Shown here: piece by piece, positions 49,701-62,604 of the stretch
Numbering within the stretch: the stretch's first letter is position 1
Layout: each line of letters begins with the position of its first letter
DNA from: Eukaryota sp. GEM-RC1
Lineage: Eukaryota
Length of the DNA: 64,000 nt
NCBI GenBank assembly: GCA_040285855.1
Contig: JAUFOQ010000004.1
Coordinates: 2,294,001-2,358,000 of the forward strand
Direction: 5' to 3'
The notes under the pieces: generated by a model
Told to the model about the DNA's origin: nothing
Databases searched by the model: none
Seen by the model: the letters and a program-made list of their open reading frames with translations, nothing else
Position numbers and translations under genes: made by a program

Positions 49701-52700
49701 AAGTAAACGACATAGCGGGTGGTAGAACAACTTGCCGACCAATTTCAAAAGAAAATGAAGTTTCTAAATATTCGACAAAAAATTCAAAAGAAGACTCACC
49801 TTGATTTAAACTCAAGAAGGTGACGTTGAGGGTTCCACTGTAAGAACTTTGGTCTAAAATTTCACAATTAGCCAAACATTCCACAGTAATCAAATAATCA
49901 ATATGATTGAAGTCAATCGTAAATGAGTGTAAAGCACTAACTTCATAATAGGAAGGCAACTGACTGTCCATCAAATCAGTAATCACGCTCACATTGATTG
50001 ACTTCAATGATTGATGTAGTGAGAGGTAGGGTTGGTCATCGTAAAGCTCAATTACATTGGAACCCAAGTTCACCAGCATTGATTGACCACCATGAGAAAT
50101 GAAAATATTTGAAATTTGTCTCAGCAGAATAAATTCTATACGCGAATTAAATTGAACAAGTGGTGGAATTAATACAAAATTGCCAATTTCCAATGGCAAG
50201 TTTAAGTTGAAAATAGAACTGAAGGATTGTCCCAGAGTAGCAATCAATCCTGTGGAAGTCACGTTGACATCAAAGACTGCCACGTCATAATGAATTCGAG
50301 ATAAATGAAAGAAACTGTGTTCATAACCAAAACTTCTTTCGACCGTAGTAAACTCATAGAATTGAATTCCTTCAATATTTAGAGAAATTTCTTGAAAAAC
50401 TGATGATCCAAACCACTGAATAAATTGAGGAGATATAGAACTCGGTGAAACAACAAAAGGTAAATTAAAGATAGGATAACACCCAGATTCATTACATAAT
50501 TCCAAGTCATCAGGGCATCCGGGTAAATTGGAAATAAATTTGATATAAGCAAGAGAATGAGAAGGTTGAAAATCCAATATTTCCATAAAATTTGGGATAT
50601 TCTGAGTGATTTGGTATTCATACATGGATACCTCCCCATAAAGACTATAAACTTCAATTTCACAAAGATGGTTAATAAAACAAACAAATGAAGTATTATA
50701 AGCTTCTAATGTAGTAATTGGTATTGCTAAAAGAATAGAAATATCAGTAGTGAATTCAATTTGAGTAATAAACTGCTTAAGACCAACTAAATTGCCAGTA
50801 AAAATCAAAAGTTCATCTCTTCTAATTGCTTGTAATTGAGATGAGTGTCCAGACATTTGAATACTAGAATTGGCAAAACACTCAAACATTTTACCAAAAC
50901 TTGCTCCAAATAATCTCAAAATATTTCCAGAAGGGGAAAGTACTAAGGGGAAAAAATCATGTCTTGGAGCTGATAAATGAAGTTGAAAAACGTTACTACT
51001 TTGATTTCCAATAATTAAAAAAACATTGAAAATGTTGCTTTCAACAGAACAAACATATGGAATGTAGTGAACAATTTCTTCATGAGAATGTAACATCACA
51101 ATAGTTGAATTAATTCCATTAATTATTGATGAATAGTCAATACTTGTTGAGAGATCTTGACCAATGATTGTAAGTTTCCCGGTTAAAAAGAATGGATAAG
51201 GTGAAACTGTAGTAATGATAGGCTTTTTAAAACAATAATAAAATAATGTTTGTAAAGAATCAGTTGATCTTGATATAATCATTTCATGACATCCAAGACC
51301 CTCAAAAAGAAAATATTTAAAATTTGATGATTACTTGATGAATATTCAAGACTTTGATTGATTGAAGCAGTTGAATAATGAATAACAATAGGATATAACC
51401 CGAGATTAAAAGCCAAAAGTGGTACTAATCCACCTCTAGTTGGAGGTTCTAGGCTAACAAACTCGATAGGACAAATAGGGATGAATAATTGATAGGAAAA
51501 TAGAATTTGTTCAATAACAAAATTAAAACGAATTGAAGGAGAAGAATAATTAAAGGATTTAGAATGTTCAAGAACTAGACTTAGAGAGTCTAAATGATAG
51601 AAGTACTGGAAACTTTGACTTTGTTTGACAGAGATCGACATTAGATTCTCCAATACAAAAATATAATCTAATTGTAACGAAACGTGACAAAAAGACGTGT
51701 TACAGCAGTGTTTTAATGGAGAAATTGAAATATTTGAAGATAATTCAGAAAGATCCAACAATGAATCTGTTCCGAGTAGTTCAGAATGTTGGTCAATTAA
51801 AACAAATTTTGAAATAATTGGATATCCAGAGAAGAATGACAACGAAGAATATTTAACAATTAACGTAGATAAAAACAAGACTTGAGAAGAATTTCTCAAA
51901 ATAAATGAAGAGTTGGTGAGATAAAAACCGTATTTAAAAAATGACTGAGAAATGCATCCAACAAATTCAAAATTATTCAAAACAATTGTTGATTCAATTA
52001 CCGTAAAATATGAATCATTTTCAATTTCAGACACCAAATCAGATTTACATTCATCAATAGAAACAAATTCAAAAACAACATTGGAATTAATTGATTGCAA
52101 TAAGAAAATGAAGTCAAAATTTGTGACTGTGAAATGAGATATATTAAGAGAAGATCTCAATATTTCAAAAAGTTTCAATGATTCAATATTATGAACAGAC
52201 GAATAATTTAGAGAACAAGTTGAGTCACGCATGATTATAAATGTACTGTTTAGTGATAAATTTTCAAATATTAAATTATTTGACTGAAGATCAGTGTTAG
52301 TACAAGAAATAGCCGAATTTAAAACCAAAAGAGAAAGGCTAATATCGTCAAGTATTATTCGAGAATTAGAAGAATGTAATAAATAATCACATTTAACTTC
52401 ACTTACGAAAAGTCCAGTAGAAGTAAAATTTGAAAACTGTACGTCAATCAAATGACCATTAAAATTAAGAATCTCGTCAACTGATTGATTAAAAGTGTCA
52501 TTCAGACTAGATATAACAGCAATATCTTGAAGAATTGAGTCACTGTTGAAGGAATATATGAATCGTTTTGACAAGTTGCAAAATGTAGAATCAAACAAAC
52601 TAAAACTAGAAGAATCCAGATAAAACAGAATATTACATGAAATAGAAGAAATTTGAATTTGAGTACACGAAATGATACTATCAGTTGCATTAATCAGTGG

Positions 52701-55700
52701 TACATTTACAACGTTAGCATAGAAGTTAGATAGTGAAAACGTAGCCTTGGAAGAGTAAAACAAAGAAGACTCTGTTGGAATGACCATGGAAAGATTTAGT
52801 AATTGCAAAAAGTCAAGTATTATTACAGTTTCATATGCAACACAAATAGAGGCAAGTTTGCTTTGAACAAAACTTAACGAAGAAGCATTCATAAAAGAAT
52901 TATTTAAAACTGAAAAAGACTCCAAAATATCAGATGTTTGAGTAATAATCTCAGATAAAGATATATTGGAATCTTGGGAAACAACAATATGGCCAAAAAG
53001 TGACTTTGACAATGCAACATTATGGCAAAACAAATAGGATAGATTTAACTTGACGAGATAAAACACGTCAGCATTTAATATAGTCACGTTTTCAAGATGA
53101 ATTGTAGAGCTAGCTAACTGAGCAAAAGTTCCACAAGAATTGATCTGATTGAACTTGGAGTTGGAAATTGAACCGGAAGAATCGGATAATAACAAGAAAT
53201 TTGAGCTGTTAAAATAATTGAGATCTGAATAATCGAAGATGATACTTGAAGTAGTAGCCAAAATTTGAAAATTGTCGGACTCTGAATAGACATTTGAAAT
53301 CCAAATATTAAAGAAACTTGCATTTGAAGATACAATTGAAACAAGACAATCAGCAATGGAATTGGAAACAATCAAGTCAGTAAAAACAATAAACGAAGAA
53401 TTAGAACTTAAAAGAGAAGAAGTTAAATGATTCACAGTTAACTGCGAGACAGTTATATTAGAATTAACTATTTTAAATAAAGAAAAGTTGTGAACAGATG
53501 ATTTGTTTACATTAATATCATGCAGATTCACAGTACTGGATAAGATTTTAAATAGAAAGGTAGTCAAAGTATTAGTTGAAGCAAAATCAATGGAAAAGAT
53601 CACAATAGGTGACTCTGTAATTTCAAATAAATTAAATATTTGTGAATGATAAACAGTCAAGTTTTGAAATGTCCCTTCTGTACTCAGAAATTTAAAGAAA
53701 ACATTCTCTGTTGTAGTGTTTTGAACTGAAAAATTACTGACATGAAGAGTTGAATCATTTAAAATCAAAAACGATTCAGTAGTTATGTTACTTACATCAG
53801 TGTTACTAATATTGAACTTACAGTTGTCGAATAAGAATGTAATCACACATAGAGAATTTGACATGATGGTATTCTCAATTAAACAAGAACTAGAATCAAA
53901 AAGAAAAAGAAAATGTGAATTAGTATCAAAAAATGTGGACAAATTGAATACAACATCAGTAGAGTTTCCCTCAAAAAGAGATGAAGCTGTAAGAGAAGTA
54001 AACATAACATTACTAATGGTAGAAGAGGAATTAACAAAGGAAATCATTGGTAAGTCAGTACCGATTACTACGTTGGAAAATAGAGATGAACTTAAGGTCA
54101 AATAAGAATCAACAAATTTCGCAATATAAGAGGAATTAATAAAACCAAATGAGCAATTTGAAAGGTAAACAATAGTTGAAACAAATTTAAAAAGAGAGCA
54201 ATTCAGTACTTTAAAAGATAGATAATCACCATTAAATATAGAATTACTTAAGTTAATCAATGGATCATTTCGGAATAAAGAAATTCCATTAAACGTTGAA
54301 TTTTTGAGAAGAACTGTACTTTCATGACCAATCAAAAATGATTGTAGTGACATGACTGTAAAATCTAAACAAGAATTGTCCAGTTTGAAATCGGATCTGT
54401 TCAAAACAGCAAAATTTCCAAACTCTACTTTGTTCAACGTAATCAAACTAATTGTAACATGAGACTTCCACGCGTTGATTACTGATTGAGACGACTCAAA
54501 TTCAATAAAGGAATTGTTCAACAAAGAAGTTGAAGAGGTGTTTAAGATTAAAAAGGAATCTAAACTGATATTTTTGAAACACACTGATTGAATTGAAAGT
54601 GTTGCATCAGCAACAGTAAATAGAAAATTTGCATACATTGAAGAAAATTTAGAATTTTCGATGATCATGACAGAATTCTGCTCAACAATAGCAAAACTAT
54701 GAGCTTCAACAGAATGAAATATGCTGTTAGTAACAACAAAATCAGAAGAATAGAGAAAAACAGCTGTAGAAATACTCGAATTTAGCAGTGTAATTTCGGT
54801 AATGCTGGCTAATGAAGAATTAAAAGAGAACACAAAGCATTCAATATTAGACAAAAAGAGATTGTTGACTGTCAATTCAGAGTGATTGAAGATAAACAAA
54901 GGGTCAAAAAGATCACGTAAACCATCAAGAGAAATTGAACTTAACCGTATTGTGCAAAATTCAGAGAATATAAAGTACCTCAAAAGATTTGAATGGTTGT
55001 GTTCAAAACGACGTATAGTAACGCTACTACTATAAATTTCAAAAACACTGGAAGTATTAACTCCAGAAATTAACGTATTATTAAAACTCATAAATACAGA
55101 GTCTAAATTGAATAGTGAAGTAAAATTAGAGTTTTCAATAACTAAAGTAACCATAGATCCATTGCAAAGTAGACATGAGAAAAATAAGTCAGAATGGCAG
55201 TGAGTTAGAACAACTGAAGAAGAATCAAAACTCGAATCAAAAGCTTTAAATAGTGTAAATCCAAACAAATTTGAAAAATGAACAAATTTGAAAGATACAG
55301 CTGTTGATTCCAAAAGAACAAATTACCGTATATTTGTTCAAAAGTAGAGTTTTCTAAAAGAAGTGATCCTCCAATTAAGTCAAATAAATAAGGTTGAACA
55401 TATTCATTTGATTTACCTAATTTCGTATTAATTAGCTCAAAGTTCATTGACATAAAAGATGAATTACTGGAAACAGAAACCAAAAACCCTGAAGTTAAAA
55501 CTGAGTCTGAAATATTAAAATAATCGAGTATCAGTTTTATGTCAAAAACATCAAACACAATTGATGTAGTCAGATTAGAAATGCTGACGTCATGAAGGTC
55601 AAATACTGAAGCTGTTCCATCAAACATGGATGAACTTTTTAAATCAGTGGAAGAGAAACCATCAACCAGTAAGTTTGAATTATCTGTTTTAAAAATAGTG

Positions 55701-58700
55701 TTGACAGAAGAATAAAATACTGAGATATTTGAAAGTGAAACATTTGATTGAACAAAGAGGAAAACAGTTCCAGAATTCAGGTCAGATAAATGTATCTGAT
55801 CAAAAAGTGAAGACTCAACGTTGTGTAAAAGAAATAAAGGTCCAGTCGAATAACCAATGTTAAAATTTGAAATATTAATGGATCCATCAGTTATCTGGAA
55901 TAATCCAACTGAATTTTCAAAGTTTGAATTTTCACAATAGAATGAATCAATAACAACATCACATTCAGATGAAAAGAGGAAAGAATCATAAATCATCAAG
56001 TCATTCAACAAAGAGTCAGTAATTCCAAGTTTAGAATTGGAAACGTGATAGACACGTGTTGCTGACGTGTTAGACAAAAGAAAATTGAAGAATGATACAT
56101 CTACATCAATTAGAGTAAATACATCAATGAATGTTAAATTGTTGAAGTCAAAACTGTGGCATGAACCAAAAGATTCTTCGCATTGAAAAAATGTCTCATG
56201 TCAGAGTCGGAAACTGAAACATTTTTGATGTCCAAATATACATTTGCAGCAAGAATTATAGTATCCATATGAGAATCATAAATATTTAAAATATCCAAAT
56301 CAATAAGTTCAACTTCAGACAATTTGAAGAGGTCTCCAGATGTACTGAAAACATCCATGAACTGAACAAATAGGTTATTAGCAAATAAATCAAAACACGT
56401 GTTACAAGTTACATTAGAAATAGTAACTTCATTCAACTCAATTAGACTATTTACTGATTCAATTAGTGACTGACAAGTGATTGATTGGAATAGATTGTTT
56501 TGCAGAAGTAAGTTGGAATTGTAAACATAAACGACTGAGTTTGTGTCAAAATTACGCATGATAAAATTGTTCAAAACTACTTGAGAAACTTCAGCTGAAA
56601 TAAAGTAATCAAAACAAATTCCAAGAGAAAAAGAAAAGTCAATAAGCTCAAACACACTATCATTGATTTCGTAAACAGTTTCAGTATTGACTGAGTCAAA
56701 AAGAGGTCGTTTTGGGTGATTCTACTCTGAAAAAGATCAAAAAGAGTAATGTAAAAGTTCGAGTTTGAACATAGAGAGTCTATTAACTGAATATGAGACT
56801 GTTTCAACTGAAATAAATGAAAAGACTCAATGTTTGAAAAGTTACTTCGGTCTATTTGAATATTGGAATTCTCTAAATTGATAAGAGAATCCTGAACGAA
56901 TCCAGTAATATAAACTTCCAGTAGAACTAAGTTAGAATCAATAGACTTCAAGATATTAGATGCATTTGACTCGAGATAACAACTAGCTATAGTAACTTCA
57001 GAAGATTCAGTAAGAAACATAAAAATACCAGCTTCGTGAAGGATATCAGAAAGAACTACGTGAAAAGTAGAGTTAGTAAGAGAGAAACAAATATCAGACT
57101 TACAGTTAAAAACAATATTTGAAATAAAGATTTTTGAATGCAAAAGTTCAAATAAAGTCTCTCCCAATCCTTCAATCATCACGTCACCGAGACCAATCAC
57201 TTCCCAATCAGCCTCAGTCACCTTCCCTAATCCTTGAAAAGAGTAACTTCCTTCGTGGAAATAAACCTTCCCTTTTCTTCCCATTCTTTCTAAAACTCCT
57301 TTAAAAGAAGCACAAGGACTGTCGAAAGTTCCACAACAAGGATCATCAATACCAGTAGTAGAAATGTAAGAAACTGTATTTAGATGAGCAATATACTCAT
57401 CAAATGATCCTAGAACTCCAGATGAATTGTAAATAACATTGAATATCGAAGAACACGTGCTCTGAATAAATGTAAATTCCCCAACAAGATTAGAAGAATC
57501 TACTAGAAGAAACTCATGGCCACTCCAATGTTTGAAAGGATCAAAGTCTACTTCCAAAGTTCCATCTAAATAAACAGTTGAACCAACAATTATCTTAGTA
57601 GAAGAATTGCTTTCAACAATTTGAATAGAAATAGTAGAAGAAAGTGAAAGAACAAGGTTACTCTCAAACACAATTAAAGGTAAAGGTATGATTTTACCTG
57701 AGTTTAAAGTGGTATCAAAAATTACTCCAGAACCACTTAAAATTTGAAAATTTAATAATGTAAAATCCTGGTTCAATTTAACATTCGATTCTGAAAGAAC
57801 GACATCAAAAGTATGATAAAATCCAACAAAAGAAAATGTAACATCATTTCTCATCAAAACATCAGAATGACAAGTAATTGATCCACCAGAAGACTGGAAT
57901 TCTGAAACTGACACGTCATCAAAAGTCACGTGACTAGACAAATCAATAGAATCGGATAATTGAACTTGGCCAGAGACTAAAGAATTAACAACCGTTGATT
58001 GAAAAATTAATGAAGTTGAGAAATTTCCAGTATTAATTCTAGGTACTTGTGATACAACATATTCTGAGTTTCCAAGAATTTGACAGTAATTACAATAGAA
58101 ACAACCAACAACTATTTCAATATATGACAGTGATTCAAATGTTGACCACGATAATTCTAGAACATGGATTATAGAGAAGCCAAAATCGTTGAGAAAACGA
58201 CTGTTGATTGCAATCAAACTAAGCGTTGCTGAAGAGAAGTCCACTGAATCATCATAATAAAGCTCGCTTGAATCCAAAACAATAGAAATGTCCTTAGAAA
58301 GTATCATGGTATCTTGAGTTAAGCTCACAGATGAATCACTGTAGAGTTGGAGTGATTGTAATTCATCAAAGGTGGCCTCATTTGATTGAAGAATTGATGA
58401 GGTTAAAGTAATTGATCTCAAGTCAAACTTAGACGACAACATTTTCACTTCTGAATTAACAAGAGAAAGTTTACCTTCTCCAAGAATTCCTGTTGGTGGT
58501 TCATAAAACAATTCATTAATTTCATCAATTGTTAAAGTTTTAGTGAAAAATTGAACTGCTCGAACTTTTCCCTCAAACCGATTGGTACCTACTTGGGAAA
58601 GAGAGAAATATAAAGGAGGTTCGCCGCAATTATAGGCAGTACTGAGTTGAATTCCGCCAATGTATGAACCATCAGTATAGACATAGGCATCCCTTGCAGT

Positions 58701-59555
58701 GGCGGTCACAGTTAAATGGAACCACTTAGATCGAGGTAAAGAGAACGAGCTTTGGCTATTCCCAACCTGAATTGATGTAGGACGAATGTAGAACTGACAA
58801 GCACCAAGCAAATTTAACCCTATCTGACCTTCTTCAAACCATATCCAAATAGAAAGTGAAGCACCTCGCCACCCTTGAACTCCAGGTAAATTGGGGATTT
58901 CAAGACTGTTACCTGGAATAATTTCTAAATAACCACCATCTGCATCACTTTTCCAAAGAGGACCATCCATTATCACGTCACTGGGATCGTGCCTTCCTGT
59001 ACGATCAATGACATTAAGTGAAGAATACCAATTATAATATAGAAAAAGATCGGGGTGAGAATATTGTTGAGAACTTTCTAATCTAACATTGATGACGTTT
59101 ACAAACACTAATTCACTGAGACTATCAAGTTCAAATAAACCATGTCTCCAGTCAAACAGTCTATTAACTATCAGTTTGTGAGAGTTAAGGATGGTGTGAT
59201 CGAAGTCACCCGCTAGAACAAGAGTATCAACAGAAGTAGAAGATGATGATGAAGAAGGATCTGTACGTAGAGTTCCACCTATAAGGACAAGGGCATCAGA
59301 AATGGTTAAAGTTGAGTTATTTTGGAAGAGAAGAACGACGTTGGAGGAAAGAGATAGAGATGAAACGGCAACGTTGGAACCAATTGTTACCGTGATAGAT
59401 GTATACTGCGGTGGGAGAACAACGGAAGAAGAAGTTGAGGGGATGAGCTTGGGATCCCAGTTGTTACTGTCAGACCAAAGTCCATCAGTAGTGGAACTCC
59501 ACTGATGTACCACGCCCAGAACTGTACAGCACAACAGAAGAACCCCGATGTTCAT
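46771..59555 (-). CDS. Giant surface-protein family copy 3 (~4260 aa if frameshifts are corrected): signal peptide, one LamG-like unit, very long beta-solenoid, IPT/TIG-like, Cys-rich repeats, multi-TM tail
   Basis: ATG 59555 (MNIGVLLLCCTVLG). Same hinge blocks as copies 1 and 2 (YISTTGIDDPCCG..CASFKGVLERMGRKG; KHCCNT..EPPTRGGLVP; CLCPKG..SRIYCIGKEHLLIK). Consecutive overlapping ORFs run down to TAA at 46771. Confidence 0.75.
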
Positions 59556-60173
59556 AGGTTGATGACGCGATATCGATAAAATGCAAACTGGTTTCTTTTT
59601 TTTCGGTCATCGGTTTCCATTCAATGTCCTATGTCTTCTTATCTACATTGTTACCGCAGATTCCTGTCCATCCGCTGACCAGTAACCAACGTGTACATTT
59701 TAGTTTCTGGTACTTATGAATAGTTGCAGGATTTGATATACCGACTTGTAAGTTTGTGAATAGGAGAGGTCCTGTTTAGTTTGAAATCAATAACATAAAT
59801 TGATGAACCAGTTATACATCATTGCACTTAGTTTTTAACCAGCCTGCAGTTCTTTTCCTGAACTGTTAAATCTGACATCTTAGTCCCTAAATTTTTATTA
59901 TTCTGCGTACTATCTCCGACGTAAGAGTGTCTTAGTGTGTAATTAAATTTAGGGCAATTTATCCGCTATTGGATGATGTTATTTTGTGCTCTTTAAAAAT
60001 GTCGAAACAACATGAAAATTATATCCCTCGCGATTCCTTTTGAAACCGCTATTCCGCCATTTTAATAGGATGTAGAATAGTATCATTGCATCGAGAGGGC
60101 AATGTGAGATGATGAACAGCAGCGACCAAAACTCAAACTCGTGTCACAAACTCATGTCATGTATGGGGTTCTG

Positions 60174-60250
60174 TATTCGGTACCTAAAAAGGTAACCGTC
60201 CTACGAAAATATAAAGTTGCAAAAACAAACAAACAAATTTGTGTTAGATT
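60174..60250 (-). mobile_element. Inverted 3' UTR fragment of RLE non-LTR element
   Basis: TATTCGGTACCTAAAAAGGTAACC... is the reverse complement of the UTR at ~16015-16086. Confidence 0.6.
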
Positions 60251-60707
60251 TGACAACGAAATATGTTTTGTTTTGTTCTAGAAGTGACTTTCTTTACTTT
60301 TCAGTAATTGTCTAATTTTGATGACGTTAATGGATGTAATTCATCTTGTGGGTGAAGAAAATCTTGTAAGTATTCATGACTACAAAATCAGTAGTCAGTG
60401 TGTAATTCAATCGCCGTGTCAATTCCACTTCAAAGAATATAAAATGTTCTCTTTGTCATCGTGATTTGAGATCCTTGCCTTTATCAGATCAATTCAGCTG
60501 TGATTGAAAGACTTGAAATTAGATTATTTTTCAAAATCTAAATCAGAAGAATCAGTTGCGTTACCAAGTTGATTTGTTAGTCAGGAGGTGAGAGAGCGGA
60601 ACTGAAGGGTCAAAACACAGTGAAAGTTGATGTGAATATTGTTCAAGTATTTGGACAGAAAACAACAGATTGGGTACAGGCTCCAAGTATCTGGATAGAG
60701 TTTCTAC

Positions 60708-60752
60708 AAGAAACGTGATATCTATAATTAAATTATAGATGTCACGTTTCTT
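60708..60752. repeat. 45-bp near-perfect palindrome
   Basis: AAGAAACGTGATATCTATAATT-A-AATTATAGATGTCACGTTTCTT: 22-bp arms, one mismatch, 1-nt spacer. Confidence 0.85.
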
Positions 60753-61078
60753 ATAAAATTTGTTGTTTCATTTGCGATTTCAAATTCCGGTCGTTTTGAT
60801 CCAACACGTCTAAAATTATCAATTGAGATGGTTATTGGTTCTATGTGAAATCATTACTACGGCTGGTCCTTGTAGAACCATTCCAATGTACATATACCTA
60901 AGTCCCATTTATTATAAGTTAGATTAGAACAATTCTCAAGTAAACCCCGTTTTTTATTCTCAAGTTGATGTGACTTCTTTCCTGAATTAGTGTCTGTTAA
61001 TCAATGTTGAAAATTAACGAATCTTTTACCGTCACATGAAAATGACTTGTATTTAGCTCTATATTACTCATTTTATAC

Positions 61079-62455
61079 CTAAAATTGATGACAAAGGGTC
61101 ACATTGCATGAAGGAAGATTATGGCTTTCAAAGTATGTACATACAACTCTACGAACAAGCGGATTGTGAAACGAGGCCTCATAGAATATATCAGACAAAA
61201 CATTCTTCGTAATAAGTAGATCATATTGTTCCTTGGATATGTTTGATTTTTCAAGATTAAGCAAAAGGTAGTCATTTGTACTCATCCTTGTGAATTCCAA
61301 CAAAGCGTCTGTTAAATGTAAATTAGTACGAAACAGGGATTGAAACCTGTCACAAGTTGTTCTTAACAACGATTTCTGGTGGAGATACTGGTCAATAAGT
61401 TCTAAAGATGGTCCTGTTATTCTAAGCATTTCTTCACATTTTAAATTGTAAGTATCACAAATTTTTTGAATATGATTATAACTGGGATAAGAAACTCTGA
61501 TCTCGAATACAGTTTCTCTCAGAAAGTTGTACATTCGTTGTAAGTAAAGCTTATAATCGGATACCACAAAAAAAATCTTAAACTTAGGTTCAACTTCACC
61601 AAAATCAACAATAAACTGGAAAATTAAATTATCTAGGAAAGCAGCATCATCATCATTAATAACCAGTGTAAAATTATTGGTGTTCAGTGCTTCTTGAATT
61701 AATATTAAGCAATCCTGCTCAAACTTCGTTTCTACAGTGTAACCGAGTTTGAAAAGATTTTCACAAAGATGAATTCTTGCATCCAACCAAATGACGTGAT
61801 CTTTCTTCAGATGATTAAAAAGAGCTACTGATTTTCTCAATCCAGCAGGTCCTATCAAAATATACAAACCATCGTCTTTAATAGATGACAAAACATCGTC
61901 TAGATCAGTCTTAATGTAAGGAACATTTGGGTAGTTTACAACAGTACTAAAACTACCTAGCGGATGAGCAGTAATATGGTCTACAAAGGAGTCAAAATCT
62001 GACACTGTTGAATGCATTGGAACATTTGATAATAACGAGAATAGCAGGACGTAGAAAAATGAACACAGAGCGAATAGAATAAAGAAAGAAATTGTAGAGA
62101 GTCGACTGATTAAAAGAACTGCAATCACCATTTGTAAACTGAATAAAAGTAGAAAGACGTGATTATAATCTCTTGTCGAAACCCAAAACCAAGTAACGAA
62201 AACATTAATAATGGAGGTGATTGACAGAAACAAAAGAACACAGTCCCACACTTTGAATAAGTTTGCTGCTGTAACAAAATGAAAACCTACAAGGAAAACA
62301 AGTGCTAGAACTGAAAACAGAACAGCCAAACGGATGAACATGGATGGTGGCAGATTCGTGAAGGTGAACATTGTAACGTGGAATGCTAGTAAGAAACACA
62401 GAGACAATCCCCAAAAGAAGAACCTGACAGCATTACGCGAGGATGATTCAACCAT
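61079..62455 (-). CDS. Multi-TM membrane protein fused to a divergent P-loop NTPase-like domain
   Basis: About 5 hydrophobic helices after the likely start MVESSSRN (ATG 62455), then YILIGPAGLRKS (Walker A-like, G->R) and TLVINDDD (Walker B-like). The ORF is open from 62614. Confidence 0.6.
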   Translation of the reverse strand: MVESSSRNAVRFFFWGLSLCFLLAFHVTMFTFTNLPPSMFIRLAVLFSVLALVFLVGFHFVTAANLFKVWDCVLLFLSITSIINVFVTWFWVSTRDYNHVFLLLFSLQMVIAVLLISRLSTISFFILFALCSFFYVLLFSLLSNVPMHSTVSDFDSFVDHITAHPLGSFSTVVNYPNVPYIKTDLDDVLSSIKDDGLYILIGPAGLRKSVALFNHLKKDHVIWLDARIHLCENLFKLGYTVETKFEQDCLILIQEALNTNNFTLVINDDDAAFLDNLIFQFIVDFGEVEPKFKIFFVVSDYKLYLQRMYNFLRETVFEIRVSYPSYNHIQKICDTYNLKCEEMLRITGPSLELIDQYLHQKSLLRTTCDRFQSLFRTNLHLTDALLEFTRMSTNDYLLLNLEKSNISKEQYDLLITKNVLSDIFYEASFHNPLVRRVVCTYFESHNLPSCNVTLCHQF

Positions 62456-62604
62456 AAATGATATTGAACAATAAACTGAAAAATGTCCTTCAAAATGGAC
62501 TTGAGTATTATGTCTTAACATTTTCTTCAAACAGTTTTGCTTCAGCCGTAGATAACCAATACAAAGTGGACATCCAGTGTTGATAAAGTAGTCACACAAG
62601 AAGC

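Noticed and set aside
726..59505. Numerous short antisense or alternate-frame ORFs overlapping the main genes (e.g. 726..1046, 1685..2026, 3037..3408, 13343..13684, 40719..40934, 43847..44053, 53785..54105, 59302..59505)
   Set aside because: Shadow ORFs produced by the strong T/C coding-strand bias of the real genes; no independent motifs.
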